A DNA stretch of 64,000 nt from Podarcis vaucheri (taxonomy: Eukaryota), in assembly GCA_965113315.1 (NCBI GenBank), contig OZ220382.1; one strand, given 5' to 3'. Made by a program: the position numbers and the translations under genes. The stretch's first letter is position 1; each line of letters opens with the position of its first letter. A model generated the notes under the pieces. The model had not been told where the DNA came from. It did no database searches and saw only the letters and a program-made list of their open reading frames with translations. Shown in pieces: positions 26,343-38,712 of this stretch.

Positions 26343-26631
26343 TGCCCCTTGGAACTTCCTCCCATTCCTGTGATCTTTTCATCATCTTTTCCTTTTTCAA
26401 CAAGCCTCCTAGGTAGAGATTCTTATCCACAGTGTGTATGTGCATTGGATTTGAAATTGTGTTTCTATGTTTTCGTACTTGATGATATATAGGTGATCGC
26501 TTTGGGATGTTTCATGAAAAGTGTTTCATAAATAAAACGTATTAATGAATGAATAAATAAATAAATAAATAACTGTTGGGGTGGTTTTGAATGTCAGGTG
26601 TAGCATCACATCTGCCTCTCATCTTCCTCAG

Positions 26632-26794
26632 CATCCTTCCAGCAGTGCTGTGAGGTCTGTGAAGATGGAATGGGACCCCAAGAGAGGATTTGTGGTCACT
26701 TTGCCTACCTATGAGTTCTTCAGTAGCATGCTCAAGTGTGTTGCTATGGTCAGGGGAGACGAATACACATCCTACTATGTGACACAGAAAGTAG
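26632..26794 (+). CDS. kdrl: kdrl coding exon 5 (Ig domain 2, C-half)
   Basis: cttcctcag|CAT ... GTAG|gtgagt; 163 nt, phase 0 to 1. Encodes HPSSSAVRSVKMEWDPKRGFVVTLPTYEFFSSMLKCVAMVRGDEYTSYYVTQKV, with the WD.K.GF VEGFR/PDGFR D2 motif. Confidence 0.93.
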
Positions 26795-27606
26795 GTGAGT
26801 AGCTTGTATGGATGTGAGGAGGAAGCAGATCCCATCCTGTGCAGTATTCATTGTAAGCAGCACTGCCTTAGGGCGGACACTGAAAACCAGCGCTCCCATT
26901 GCTGACATCACTGGAGCATAGTATTTGTGAACCCTAATTTCAATTACAGATCAAATTAAGATGCTTCCACAAATGCTGCCCAGAGTTTTACCTTGCAGAG
27001 CCTGGTGTCAGAAGTTCTCCAGATATCCTTTAAGTCAGCCTCTCCCTATCTGGTGCACTCCAACTGGGACTGATAGGAATTGTAGTCCAAAAACATCTGG
27101 AGGACACCCAGTTTGGGAAGGCTGCTTAAATACTTGGATATTTTGCTGATGATCTTTTAGTGTGGCAGCACCTACACTTTGGAACTGCCTGCCTATTGAC
27201 AGTGGCAGATCTTGGACAGATTTCAGTGGGATCCTGTGTGATGTCAACATGTGGTGCCCCCTACCTCTCACACTCCATTCTAAATCATATTTGTGGCGTC
27301 ACCTGTGGCACCCCCATGCGACCGAACCAGCTATGCTACCCTAAATCTGCCTCTGCTATTGATTATCAGTTAGGTGTCTTCACTGTACTTTTTTGGGCAC
27401 CTGCTAAAAACATTTTCATTTAGACAAGCCTACCTAGAGGTTTAGAAAGCTGAAGCAAGTTTTAATCTGTTTTTAGATCTTAAATTGTGGCTATTTTTCT
27501 TATCGATAATTGTATTATAATATTTGCCAGATACTTGATAATCTGCATTTGACATCTGCCACTGTTTGGATTTTGATATTGGCTATTGGCTTGCTATGTC
27601 TTCCAG

Positions 27607-27743
27607 AGAAAAGGATACAGAACCTGGTTCTCAAAGCAAATCCCCAAAAGCTGGTGGTTGGAGACAACCTTAACCTGGAATGCAGTGCGGAGACATTTTT
27701 CAATGGACGCATTGAATTTGTATGGACAATTCCTGGAAGGACT
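27607..27743 (+). CDS. kdrl: kdrl coding exon 6 (Ig domain 3, N-half)
   Basis: cttccag|AG ... ACT|gtgagt; 137 nt, phase 1 to 0. Encodes EKRIQNLVLKANPQKLVVGDNLNLECSAETFFNGRIEFVWTIPGRT. The CSAET..NGRI.F.W pattern matches what I recall of fish kdrl rather than FLT1, KDR or FLT4. Confidence 0.92.
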
Positions 27744-29045
27744 GTGAGTAAATCACATCTGTCCCTGGATCAAGGACAGTTATTGGTTCTGCTGAATGCA
27801 AACGATTCTAGTCAGAAGTTTTGTTGTGTGCTAGCAATCTCTGTCCTCACTTCCTCAAATAGTTTTTGAGCGAGCATTCAAATGCTCAGTATCCAATCAA
27901 AGAAATTATGATGTCAGATATGTTGTTGGACTGCGGGCTGGCACTGACTGGGGGAGCCCAACAGCATCTGCCTGCTTTCTAGCATCAGTTCAGAATTGCT
28001 AGGAATGCACAGAAATATTTGGGTTGGCGGTAGTACATTTTGATGGGGAGAGAAATGATTATGGCTGCTGCACTGAACATCCTGAGTAAATTTAAAGGCA
28101 TAACATATTCTACATGTTTGCAGAGAGAGCTAATGTACATAGGAATATAGGAAGCGGTCTTATATCATGTAAGACTATGAAGCCATCTCACTTAGTATTG
28201 TCTGCACTGACTGGCAGCCTCCATGAGGGTTTCAGACAGGTGTCTCTGTCAGGACTACCTGGAGCTGCTCTACCACTGAGCAAAGCTCTATGGAAGAATC
28301 CAGCATCATGTCTAGGGATGGATAAATCTGCCTCAGTTTGTTCTCTTCTGGTTCCACACATGGCTGTCTTAAAGTACGTCCTGTCAGTTCCCATGTGCAT
28401 TTTGGGGGGGATAACTCTGTACAAATCCTTAAAAAGTAAAAGAAAAAGCCATAACCCCTCCCCCCATGCACAGATGTGGAGGACTTATGAGGTGAATTTC
28501 TGTTTCCTTGTTTTAACACTGTAAATCTTATTGGAGTAGCTTCAAAGCCCAGCACATCAGCTGCACAGCAAAGAAAACATTTTTCAAAATGGTACAGGAA
28601 ACAACTTATTGTGTAATTCTATGCACAACGGTTCATTCTACATACAACAAAATGGCTGCCCCATTTTATACTGATGGAGGTACATTGTATGTACAATGGC
28701 CCTTTGTGCATAGAATTATACAAGAAGTGGCATAAGGTCACTTCCTGTACCATTTTAACAAGCATGTTTACCTTGTGTGCTACAGGTACTGTATTTTGAA
28801 GCTGCTTCAAGCATCTTTCCAATGTCAAAACAATAAAAAGGAGAGCAGCCTCATATGTATGAGTAGTGAAACAGCCCTCAGAAGGGTTCATAGATCAGCA
28901 GATTAAACCATATATCTGCAGTCCATTCTGATGAGTTGTTTGCTAAGATTGTGTTTTTAGTCAGGATAGTGGGGAGGGTATGCAGAAAAATAAAGCCTGG
29001 GTTAAAATCCCCCGATATACTAATTTTGTTGCAGTCATTTCCTTT

Positions 29046-29352
29046 CAGGGCTGTCTTAAGCATATGTGGCGCCGGGGTGCAAAGATCCACCCGGTGCCCC
29101 CCCCCCCGGTTGTCCAGTCCCAGGCTCGCAGGAGTGCGGAGCCTGCCGGCTGCGTCAGCATCTCACTGGCTCAGTCGCCCTCGAACTCGTGGCACAGAGC
29201 TGCCCGCAGAAGAGCCCGCCACGGTGCTCTAACCGACGGGTGGGCTCTTCCCCAGACTCAATTCTCGGGCCCCGGACTCTCAGCCTGGTGCCCCTGAGAG
29301 CCCGGCGCCCAGGTGCCCTGCACCCCTAGTGCCTATGGGTAAGACGGCCTTG
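29046..29352. mobile_element. hAT-like MITE, GC/CpG-rich
   Basis: TIRs cagggctgtctta / taagacggccttg; 8-bp flanks tttccttt / ttcccttt (7/8 identical). Confidence 0.75.
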
Positions 29353-30154
29353 TTCCCTTTCCATCTTAGAGGATTTGGGTCACAGACAGAAAGACCTGGA
29401 GATACCACTGCCCTAAGGCTGCTGCTGATGAGCAAATGGAGTAATGGTTCCACCACCCTTTGCCTCACTAGAGGTTTTTGAGCATCTGAGAGAAGGTCTA
29501 GCATGGCTCATAGATGTGCTTTGGATGTGCTGCTCAGCCTTGCCAAATTTGCTCTGAGGCCTTCAGCACAGCAAAGGAGAGTTATGTTGTCTTTGCACCA
29601 CCTGCCTCCCACCTTCAAGGCATCTTGCACACAAAGGCACATGCTACGCCCACCTCTCATGCTGTTTCAGACACAGGCCCCAAACCTATCAGAAAGTGGC
29701 AAGCCCTGTGTCCACTCAGGAGGAAATTCCCTCCCAAACTGTGGTTCTGGCCTGAATTTTGATTCTAGCCCATCCTACATTGCAATGCACCACCATCACT
29801 GGTAGTTAACTCTGTCATTGTTATAGGAATGAGTTGCACTAATATTGAGGGTCCAAATATCATTGTGACTGAATACCATTTTGCAATTGAATACCATTTT
29901 ACCTTTTAATATTTCATGTTCACTAAAATTCCATGAGGGTGGAGCTTTTAAAAGTCACAAGAGTCTGAGGACTCACCTGATTTAGCCTTTTACATTGTTG
30001 GATTCATGGCTTTCTAAGGAGGAAACTTTTAGGAAATCTAAGATTTGCCTTTGTAGTTCACTGTTCTTGACTGGATATGTGTTACTCTCAGTTTGAGCTG
30101 TTCTGAACTGGTCTTACAGCAGGTTTTTTTCTGTCTCCACTCTGCTCCCTTTAG

Positions 30155-30320
30155 GAAACCAAGGCTGAAAATACATTCGACCTAAGTGAGCCAGTGTATA
30201 AAGCTTCTTCTAATGTGGTCATCAAGAATGTTACAATGGAAAACAGAGGGTTGTATGTATGCAGAGGCATAATTGCCAATACAACACAATTAAAATCAGA
30301 GGCCAACATCACTGTATACA
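30155..30320 (+). CDS. kdrl: kdrl coding exon 7 (Ig domain 3, C-half)
   Basis: ccctttag|GAA ... TACA|gtacgt; 166 nt, phase 0 to 1. Encodes ETKAENTFDLSEPVYKASSNVVIKNVTMENRGLYVCRGIIANTTQLKSEANITVY (I.NVT...G.Y.C Ig motif). Absent from the ORF track. Confidence 0.92.
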
Positions 30321-31026
30321 GTACGTATGATATCTATCTATCTATCTACACTGGTTAGAAAGTAGCAACTTCTTTTTGTGGAGGCAGAGTCCACCTGTCC
30401 ACTCCAGCAATCAGTTTACAGCACTTCACAGACCTCCAACTGTATCATAATCAACATCACAAACATTCACTGACACATATATGCAGCCTAAAGTCAAGGA
30501 AATGATTTACCACTCGATATTTCTGATTGCATCAGCCAGCATTCAAGAAACTCCAGGGGTTTCTGTGACATGTTGTTACATTGACAGGCGCCACACTTTA
30601 AAAAAAGAATAGTACAGAAAGGGATATTTGCCCTTTGGAGATCTTTGTTTGACTGTGTGTGTGCCTTTGATCTAAAGCAGTTGTTCCCAAACAGTATGTG
30701 TCATAAAAGAACTAATTATGTACTGTGAGAAATTAATTGATTCAACAGTTTAAAAGAGTACCCATCTGCAAAGAGAGCAGCTGAATGATGCATTCCAACA
30801 GCTGGCCTCCTTTGCTCAGGGTGGGCATTTTGAAAATGTCTCTGCTGCCTAAATGTTGTTATTTCAAGTATACACCACCTTTCATCAGAAAAAAGTTTTC
30901 ACAAAGCAGGTATAAAGAACAAAATTAACAAACAGTATATAAAGCAATTAAAGCATCAAAATCCATAAAATAGGATTCCATTCACCCAATACCCCCACAA
31001 AATTGCACATCCAAAACCACACCTAT

Positions 31027-31436
31027 TGTTGTTGTTGTTTAGTCGTTTAGTCGTGTCTGACTCTTCGTGACCCCATGGACCAGAGCACGCCAGGCACTCC
31101 TGTCTTCCACTGCCTCCCGCAGTTTGGTCAGACTCATGTTTGTAGCTTCCAGAACACTGTCCAACCATCTCGTCCTCTGTTGTCCCCTTCTCCTTCTGCC
31201 CTCAATCTTTCCCAACATCAGGGTCTTTTCCAGGGAGTCTTCTCTTCTCATGAGGTGGCCAAAGTATTGGAGCCTCAGCTTCACGATCTGGCCTTCCAGT
31301 GAGCCCTCAGGGCTGATTTCCTTAAGAATGGATAAGTTTGATCTTCTTGCAGTCCATGGGACTCTAAAGAGTCTCCTCTAGCACCATAATTCAAAAGCAT
31401 CAATTCTTTGGCGATCAGCCTTCTTTATGGTCCAAA
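31027..31436 (-). mobile_element. BovB (RTE) LINE, 5'-truncated
   Basis: ORF KLRLQYFGHLMRREDSLEKTLMLGKIEGRRRRGQQRTRWLD is the BovB C-terminus; (CAA)n tail; TSD cacacctat at 31018-31026 and 31437-31445. Confidence 0.93.
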
Positions 31437-31902
31437 CACACCTATACTTCAGTCAAACTACACCTGTACATATTTGCCAGCTGTTGGGCTCACGCACACC
31501 TGCAAACCCGCTGTGCTTCATTATAATCAGCTACTGGTCCCAACACCCCCCTGGAAGCATATACAAATAGACCACCCCACCACATTGGCAACCTAGCTAG
31601 AAGACTAAAACCAAATCCAATCTAGGACCCCACCAACATCAATAAAAGCCTAACATCCTACACCTAATCACTTGTTCACATTCATAGAGTTATCCTCTAC
31701 AGCTGAGGATCTGTCTTTTCACCCTAGTAATCAACCAGCAGTTTCCAGCTCCCACCTGCGAAGTGATCAGACTCAAACTACTTCCCTAACCATTTTATGT
31801 ACTTACCTTGGAACAGCACCACACTAACGATGGGGGAGAAATTTGCTCTAGTTCACATTTATAGGCAAACCTAATTAATTCACACTTTCTGAAACAATAT
31901 GG

Positions 31903-32037
31903 CAGTGTTGGCCAAACTTGGGTCTCCAGCTGTTTTTGGACTACAACTCCCACCATTCCTAGCTAACAGGCCAGTGGTCAGGGATGATGGGAATTGTAGT
32001 CCAAAAACAGCTGGAGACCCAAGTTTGGCCAACACTG
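31903..32037. mobile_element. hAT-like foldback MITE (near-perfect hairpin)
   Basis: cagtgttggccaaacttgggtctccagctgtttttggactacaa ... ttgtagtccaaaaacagctggagacccaagtttggccaacactg; 8-bp TSD caatatgg/caatatga. Nested inside an older repeat (~31830-32360). Confidence 0.88.
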
Positions 32038-32882
32038 CAATATGAGAACTGAAACACAGCCAACCTTTGAAATCCACACTTTTTTGAATCTTGCAATGCA
32101 ATTCTCTAGCCAGGTAATGTTTTGGTTTTTTTGTTTTGGTTTTAAAAAATGCATGTACTAGAGTAAACTATGCATTTAAAAATGCATAATTAGTGAAAAT
32201 AGTATACAAAATGCATTTTATAATCAGAAAATGCTTTGCAAAAAAATGTTTGTTAGGCAAAATTGCTTGCAAATTCTGCAAATGCTGGTGAATTTCCACA
32301 AGGACTTGCTTTTTCAAAAAACAATTCCAAACGGATGTGGAAATGTGGAGAACTGTGTGTTCGATGGGAAGAAATAATAACTTGAAATTGCCAGAGGCAC
32401 CCACGCCCTGCACCACAATCCCTGCACTCAACTAAAACACAACCATGAGGGGAGGGGCCCTTGTCCCTGAAGCCACCATGGCTCTTTCTACAGCTCTGTG
32501 TGTATCAGTGGAAAATCCAGCACTCAGGAAGTCGTAACACCATATCTTATGGCTACTGCCACCAAGTGATATTGAATGTTGGAGCTGGTAAAAGCACAAA
32601 AGTAGGTGAGGAAGGCAGATGTTGTAAATTCCTTTCTCCAAATAGTTTGATCATGTGTCCTTTAGGGATCAAAATCAACTGCAGGTTTAAATTAATTAAA
32701 AAATGAAGCACATGTTTCAAATGGCAGCATCCTTTCCTATTCTTACTTTATACTAACTTCTGGCTAGCCAGTCCTTCTGCTTGCTTTCTGCTCCACAGCT
32801 TTTATTATCCGTTGTGTTACTATTGTTTTGCAAAAAAGCAAATTTGAGATTCATGCCTGCAATTTTTCTTGTTTATTTTAAG

Positions 32883-33000
32883 GAGAAGCTTTCATCAAAG
32901 TTTCCTTTAAGAAAACCAATCCCTATGAAGTTATCGAAGGGCAAAAGATGCTGAAATTGTCTTGGAAGGTTCAAGCTGTCCCCCGCCCCATGGTGACCTG
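32883..33000 (+). CDS. kdrl: kdrl coding exon 8 (Ig domain 4, N-half)
   Basis: tattttaag|GA ... ACCTG|gtaaga; 118 nt, phase 1 to 2. Encodes REAFIKVSFKKTNPYEVIEGQKMLKLSWKVQAVPRPMVTW (KV.A.P.P...W motif). Confidence 0.92.
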
Positions 33001-33350
33001 GTAAGAACCAAGGAGGTACTTTGAATTGACAGAAGGAAAATGCTGGTGCAGGGGGGCGAGGAAAGCATAACAATCTAACAGCAGTTCTTTGCAGGTCTAC
33101 TCAGGCTTGCCTGTGCTTAATTGCAGTGCTTAAATCTGTGCTGTGGTGTGTTTTGTTTGGCATTTGGTATTCCCAATCCCTTGTTTGTTTTGAACCATTT
33201 TTGTGTACATTGCCCAGAAAACTTTAATTAAGGGGTTGCATAGAAATCATGTTAATAAAGAATAAGAATAAGTCTCAGTAACCCTATAATGGGATTGCCC
33301 TTGTTCGCCTCTACTCTTTCAATTGGTATCTTTCTTGCTGGACATTATAG

Positions 33351-33529
33351 GTACAAGGATGGCAAGAAGCTGACCAATGCGAACAGTGACTGCTATGAAC
33401 TAGATCCAGTGAAATACAGGCTCATCATAAGGGATGTGAAACCAAAGCATGCTGGGAATTACACCATAACCCTGAGCAACACTAAGCATAATGTCCATGA
33501 ACAACACACTGTCGAGCTGGATGTATTAG
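33351..33529 (+). CDS. kdrl: kdrl coding exon 9 (Ig domain 4, C-half)
   Basis: cattatag|G ... TTAG|gtaagc; 179 nt, phase 2 to 1. Encodes (W)YKDGKKLTNANSDCYELDPVKYRLIIRDVKPKHAGNYTITLSNTKHNVHEQHTVELDVL (WYKDG, LII.DV...AGNYTI.L). Confidence 0.94.
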
Positions 33530-33712
33530 GTAAGCACCTATTAGATCTAAATAACCAGCTTATTCCTCTGTTTCTGGTTTCCAGGGCAAAGGAGAATGGC
33601 AAGCAGTTTCTGGCCAAATGCTTTGTATAATTGATGTAGAAACATGTGGCATCTATCCAAGGAGCTGCCTGCTCCTGCTGCTATAGCTGTTACTACTATC
33701 ATTATTTCAGTA

Positions 33713-33921
33713 CAGTGGTACCTTGGGTTACATACGCTTCAGGTTACAGACTCCACTAACCCAGAAATAGTACCTCGGGTTAAGAACTTTGCTTTAGGAT
33801 GAGAACAGAGATCGTGCTCCGGCGGTGCGGCAGCAGCAGGAGGCACCAATAGCTAAAGTGGTGCTTCAGGTTAAGAACGGACCTCCAGAACGAATTAAGT
33901 TCTTAACCCGAGGTACTACTG
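33713..33921. mobile_element. Tc1/mariner-pogo MITE (same family as 16420-16677)
   Basis: TA|cagtggtaccttgggtt ... aacccgaggtactactg|TA. Confidence 0.88.
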
Positions 33922-33942
33922 TATAATAAACGACACAGAGCT

Positions 33943-34380
33943 TGTGTGTTGTAGTGGTTAGAGTGCTGGACTTAGGGCTCCATCCACAGTTCCCTTTGAC
34001 CCAACACTGCCTCCTGGGGAAACCCTCAGTTTAGCGCTAAAATGGAGCAATCGGCAATTGGGTTTTCCGATTTAGTGCTACAGAGCAGGTTTTCCAGGGC
34101 AAAGCAGTGGGGCATAGCCAAAACTTCTCAGACCCATGCCTACAAAGTATGGGGCAAGTGGGAAACTGCTTGGACCCATGCTTTCTAGGCATGGGATAAG
34201 CGGAAGTGTGGACTGAAAAGGTCCAGGTTCAAATTCCAATAACACTCACTAGGTGGCCTTGGGCCGATTCCCACACTCTCAGTCTCACCTACCTCACAGG
34301 GTTGTTGTGAAGATAAGATGGGGATGGGGTGAACCGTATATGCTGCCTTGAGCTCCTTGAAGGACAGGCAGGATATATGT
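33943..34380 (+). mobile_element. MIR-like/Squam3 SINE interrupted by a MITE (~33975-34213)
   Basis: Head gtgttgtagtggttagagtgctggact, then the insert gggctccatccacagttcc...ggaagtgtggac, then SINE body ggttcaaattcc...ctcacctacctcacagggttgttgtgaagataa. Confidence 0.65.
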
Positions 34381-36091
34381 AAGAGGGGATGAAGCATTGT
34401 CCAAGGGACAATGTGGCCCTATAGGTCTCTCTGTCCTGCCCTCAAGATTTAGTATACAAGAAAGGCAAGGTCTGCTATGTCCATTCTTTTGAGCTTCTGC
34501 TTTAATTCAGCATCTCATAGGACTGGGGGCCTTATTTGCAGGTCTGTTGCAGTGCTTGTATTTCTGCTGCCAAAGTTTTTTCCATCAAAGTTTTTCAGGG
34601 CAAGAAATCCCGTTTGATTTTGATATATCAACATTTGTCTCATGGCTTTGTTTAGTATTGGTTGGATGGCGTGTGGATTATGGCTAACGGATTTTTTTGC
34701 ATGTTGTGTGCAAGACAGAATTATTTTCTAGTTAAAGAATTGACTGTCCGTAACTAGGGATGCAAACACAAATCAGTTGGCATAAAATTCACAGGCAGTT
34801 AACAAAAGGGTTTCTTGTGTGCTGGCTACAATCCATTCAATTCATCTCCGTTAATGCTTTTGCAAGCTTTTCGTATTTGTATTTGTTTACGATTTCATGC
34901 CCAAGTGCTCTCTGTTGTTCTTTTGTCATGCATCAGCATGGTGGCATGAATTAAACTGGGATCATTATTGCAATTACTGTAAATATGTTGCTTATCGCAA
35001 CCGTTCCAGCTCAAAGAATGCTGATAATTCATATACTGAAAAATATTTCTGCACGTAGAGGGCAGGAGAGAAATTAACAACGGGTGCTTCATAAGTTTTA
35101 GCAACAGATTGCTCTTCCAAAAAAGATGATCTGAAAAGGAATCTCTGGTGTTGATTTATTTTCCCTGTGATGTGACTTACAGTAATCATAATCGTAATAG
35201 CAATAACAAGAATAGTAATATGACTATTCTTGTTATGAATGTGGATGCATTCCCCACCCCCGCAAACAGGTTTGTTAGGGATAAACTAACCGTGATGTAA
35301 ACACATATGTGGCTATTGCAACACAAGGCTCACAGAATCTTCCTGCCATGCTGCTGTATAATGTTTGCTAGAACTGACTAATTTCCTGATATCATGGTGT
35401 TCCAAATTCTTGAAACTCCTCTCTACTTTACATTGACTGCTACAAGATATAGTGACATCCTCTGGTTGTAGAAGTGGGTCAAAGAAGGAACTGAAAGAGG
35501 AGTAACAATATTCCTTGCCCACCTTTCACCACAAGGTCCCAGGGCATGTTACAGCAATATAAAAATGCAAGATTAAAAGCAGTTCTAAAAATTTACAGTC
35601 AGAAGAATAGGGTGGCTCCTTATGCGTGTGTTTGTACATTAGGCAAAATTGCTCACAAACAGTATAGTAGGAGAAATTTAAACTAAAATGCTGGTGGTTT
35701 TTCATGAGGACTTTTTAAAAGATAAATTAATTTCAAAGTGATGTGGAAATGTAGAGAACGGAACTTAAGGTTGGAAAAACAAGATGCTGAGGGAGACTGA
35801 AATTGACATATTTCCTGCCCCCTGTGTGCACTTAGCATGCAGTGCTCCCATATTTATGTAGTATGAAAGGTGGGGTAACCTGCAGCTTTCCAGATGTTGC
35901 TCAATGGCAGTTGTAAACACTCCTTGCCATTGGTCATCCTGTCTGGGACTTATGGGAGTTGTAGTCCAAAATATCTGGAAGTGTGGTCTACATCATTACT
36001 GGTGGATCCGTTAAGTACTTATAAGTCCTTTCAGATGTGGCTTTTACTGTCACTACAACATTTTGACATGGCAAACCTTGGAGAAAATTTA

Positions 36092-36445
36092 AGTAAAGGT
36101 AAAGAGACCTCTGACCATTAGGTCCAGTCGTGGCCGACTCTGGGGTTATGGTGCTCATCTCGCTTTACGGGCCCTGGGAGCCGGCGTACAGCTTCCGGGT
36201 CATGTGGCCAGCATGACTAAGCCGCTTCTGGCGAACCAGAGCAGCGCACGGAAACGCCGTTTACCTTCCCGCTGGAGTGGTACCTATTTATCTACTTGCA
36301 CTTTGACATGCTTTCAAACTGCTAGGTTGGCAGGAGCAGGGACTGAGCAACGGGAGCCCACCCCTTTGCGGGGATTCAAACCGCTAACCTTCTGATCGGC
36401 AAGTCCTAGGCTCTGTGGTTTAACCCACAGCGCCACCCGCGTCCC
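36092..36445 (-). mobile_element. Sauria SINE, full length with 14-bp TSD
   Basis: Reverse-strand Sauria SINE; TSD ttggagaaaattta at 36078-36091 and 36446-36459. Confidence 0.93.
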
Positions 36446-38544
36446 TTGGAGAAAATTTATACACCACTTAATTGTAGAAAAAATGCTCAAAGCGGTTTAC
36501 CAAAAAAAACCCATTAAAATTTAAAAGTACATAAAAAGTACAAGTATGCCTGTATACTTAATTTCATGCCACCTTTCCATAGTTCAAACCATGCGCAAGG
36601 CAGTCAACAACATGGAAAAATACATAATTACAAACAAAACAGAAGTGGTCATAAACAATAAATAAAACATAAAATTAAATAAATTAAAGTATTTCCACAT
36701 AAATCATAAGAATATCTGAAATAAAGGTACAGAATTAATACTGATAAAGGCAACAACAACCCCACCCCAATTATTTTGCAAGCATACGGTAATTTAAAAC
36801 ATACAGAAAGTTTATACCACAATAGAACAGACTAAAAACAAAATAAAACTCATACAAACTTGGAAACTTATGGGCAGGCTTGTCTAAATAAGAATGTCTT
36901 CAGGTGCTGAAAAGAACATATTGCACAATTTACCATCTAATGAAGGGGTTTCTTGAATGATCCTAGACAACATGAGGTACTTAATCAAATAGCCTATAGT
37001 TAAACTATTCAGCTCAGTCCCACAGCATATAGTGCTGGCCACCAACCTGGGTGATTTTAGAAGAAGAGTAGACAAATTCATGGAAGAGAGGGTTATTGAG
37101 GACTACTTTTACTATAATGGATATGTTCTATTCAGTGCTATTTTTCTAGAAAAAGAGGTGCTGGAACTCACTTATTCTCTTATAATGGCAAATATCTAGA
37201 TGTTGCCACATCTCTCAGACTTACGATTGTTAGTTCCTAGCTTGTCAGTAGTAATAAATAATCATTGGCCCTACAGAGACTCTGATTTTGCATTTTATAT
37301 TTTGTATATTGTTTGATCCACTGTAATAAGCACTTGATGGATTGCTGTATTAATTGGGGGGGGGGGTTGTTTGCATATATGAGGAGAAACAGCCAAAGTT
37401 TTGTGTGGACTTCTACAAAAATATAAAAGGAATTACAAGTTAATATGGAAATGAGTCAAACTGGACTTGCGGTTGGAATGTGAGAAACTGAGTAAACCAG
37501 AATTGATGGATTCACTGATCCGTAAATGTAAGGATTGTTGCAAAATCCGTTCCTCCTTAAACTTCCTGTATAAAGATACATGTAGTAGCCCTATGCTTGG
37601 GCCACCCATGTTTCCAACCCACTCTACAGGCAGATGGAATTTAATCTGGCATGAGGAATATAACCCTCTTGCTTGCTTTGCATGTAGGTCTCTTTGAGTC
37701 TCCTGGAGGCCACTGGACCCCTTTTTTTATATATAAACCCATTCTTCCTTTATATGTTTGCACATTAAGAGCTGTCCAAGAAGCTGGTGGGTTGCTGTGT
37801 TTTTGTTTTGTTGGATTAAATTCTTGTTGAGAGCCAAAGTTTCAGGCAGCAAATGTCATGAAATATTAGAGAGGAGGGGAGAGAGTGAACAAAAGAGAAT
37901 CTTAACAAACAGCTGGCAACTATACATCCTGGTGAGCCAAGAATGGAAAGAAGGAGAAAAAACATGGGAGAAAATGGTTACTCCAGACTTGAGTACAAAG
38001 CAAAGGTGGGTGGGGGGAGGATTAAAAACTACTTATGGTCTGGTAAGGGTATTTTTAATTCTCACCCTAGAACAAATAAACAGAATATTCTGGGTCTTCT
38101 CCAAGGCTTTGTGGAACGGCAGCGTTTCAGTTGAAGCTAGCTGCATATTATTCTCAGTTTGTAAAACAACTGGAAACTTTGTTGAACCATTTTACAAAAT
38201 GGAACAAACAGACTGCAGCCATCCTACTGCCTTCTCTGCTCTGCAGCAGAGGACTTGTAATAAAAATTGGCAGATATTTGTGATACCTTCACTCATCAAT
38301 CAGAAAACATCCTTTTGAGGAGTTGCAAAAAGCAACCTGATCAAACTTTTGGATTTGACTTCAAAATTTAAGATATGGTTTGGTGTGGGTGTTGAGATTT
38401 CAACCACTAAATCCAAATTATGAAATCTGAATATTCAGCAGAATTTGATGTTTCTTAAAAAGTTGTTAATATGTTTATTTAGGAAACTTCTATAAAGTTT
38501 TTCACCTTTACAACGAAATTATCAAATTGGTTTACATCTATTGC

Positions 38545-38545
<1 letters not shown>

Positions 38546-38591
<46 letters not shown>

Positions 38592-38712
38592 TTATTATTT
38601 ATACCCCGCCCATCTGGCTGGGTTTCCCCAGCCACTCTGGGCAGCTTCCAAAAGAATATTAAAATACTATGATACATCAAACATTAAAAGCTTCCCTAAA
38701 CAGGGCTTCCCT
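38546..38712 (-). repeat. (ATA)n microsatellite forming the tail of an L2-like 3' end
   Basis: About 15 ATA units followed by sequence shared with 13620-13730. Confidence 0.8.

Noticed and set aside
37758-38318. 186-aa ORF (and other long ORFs such as 4966..5472, 52711..53256, 61684..62202)
   Set aside because: No recognisable domain or exon-like boundaries. They are consistent with chance ORFs or GC-rich repeat sequence.
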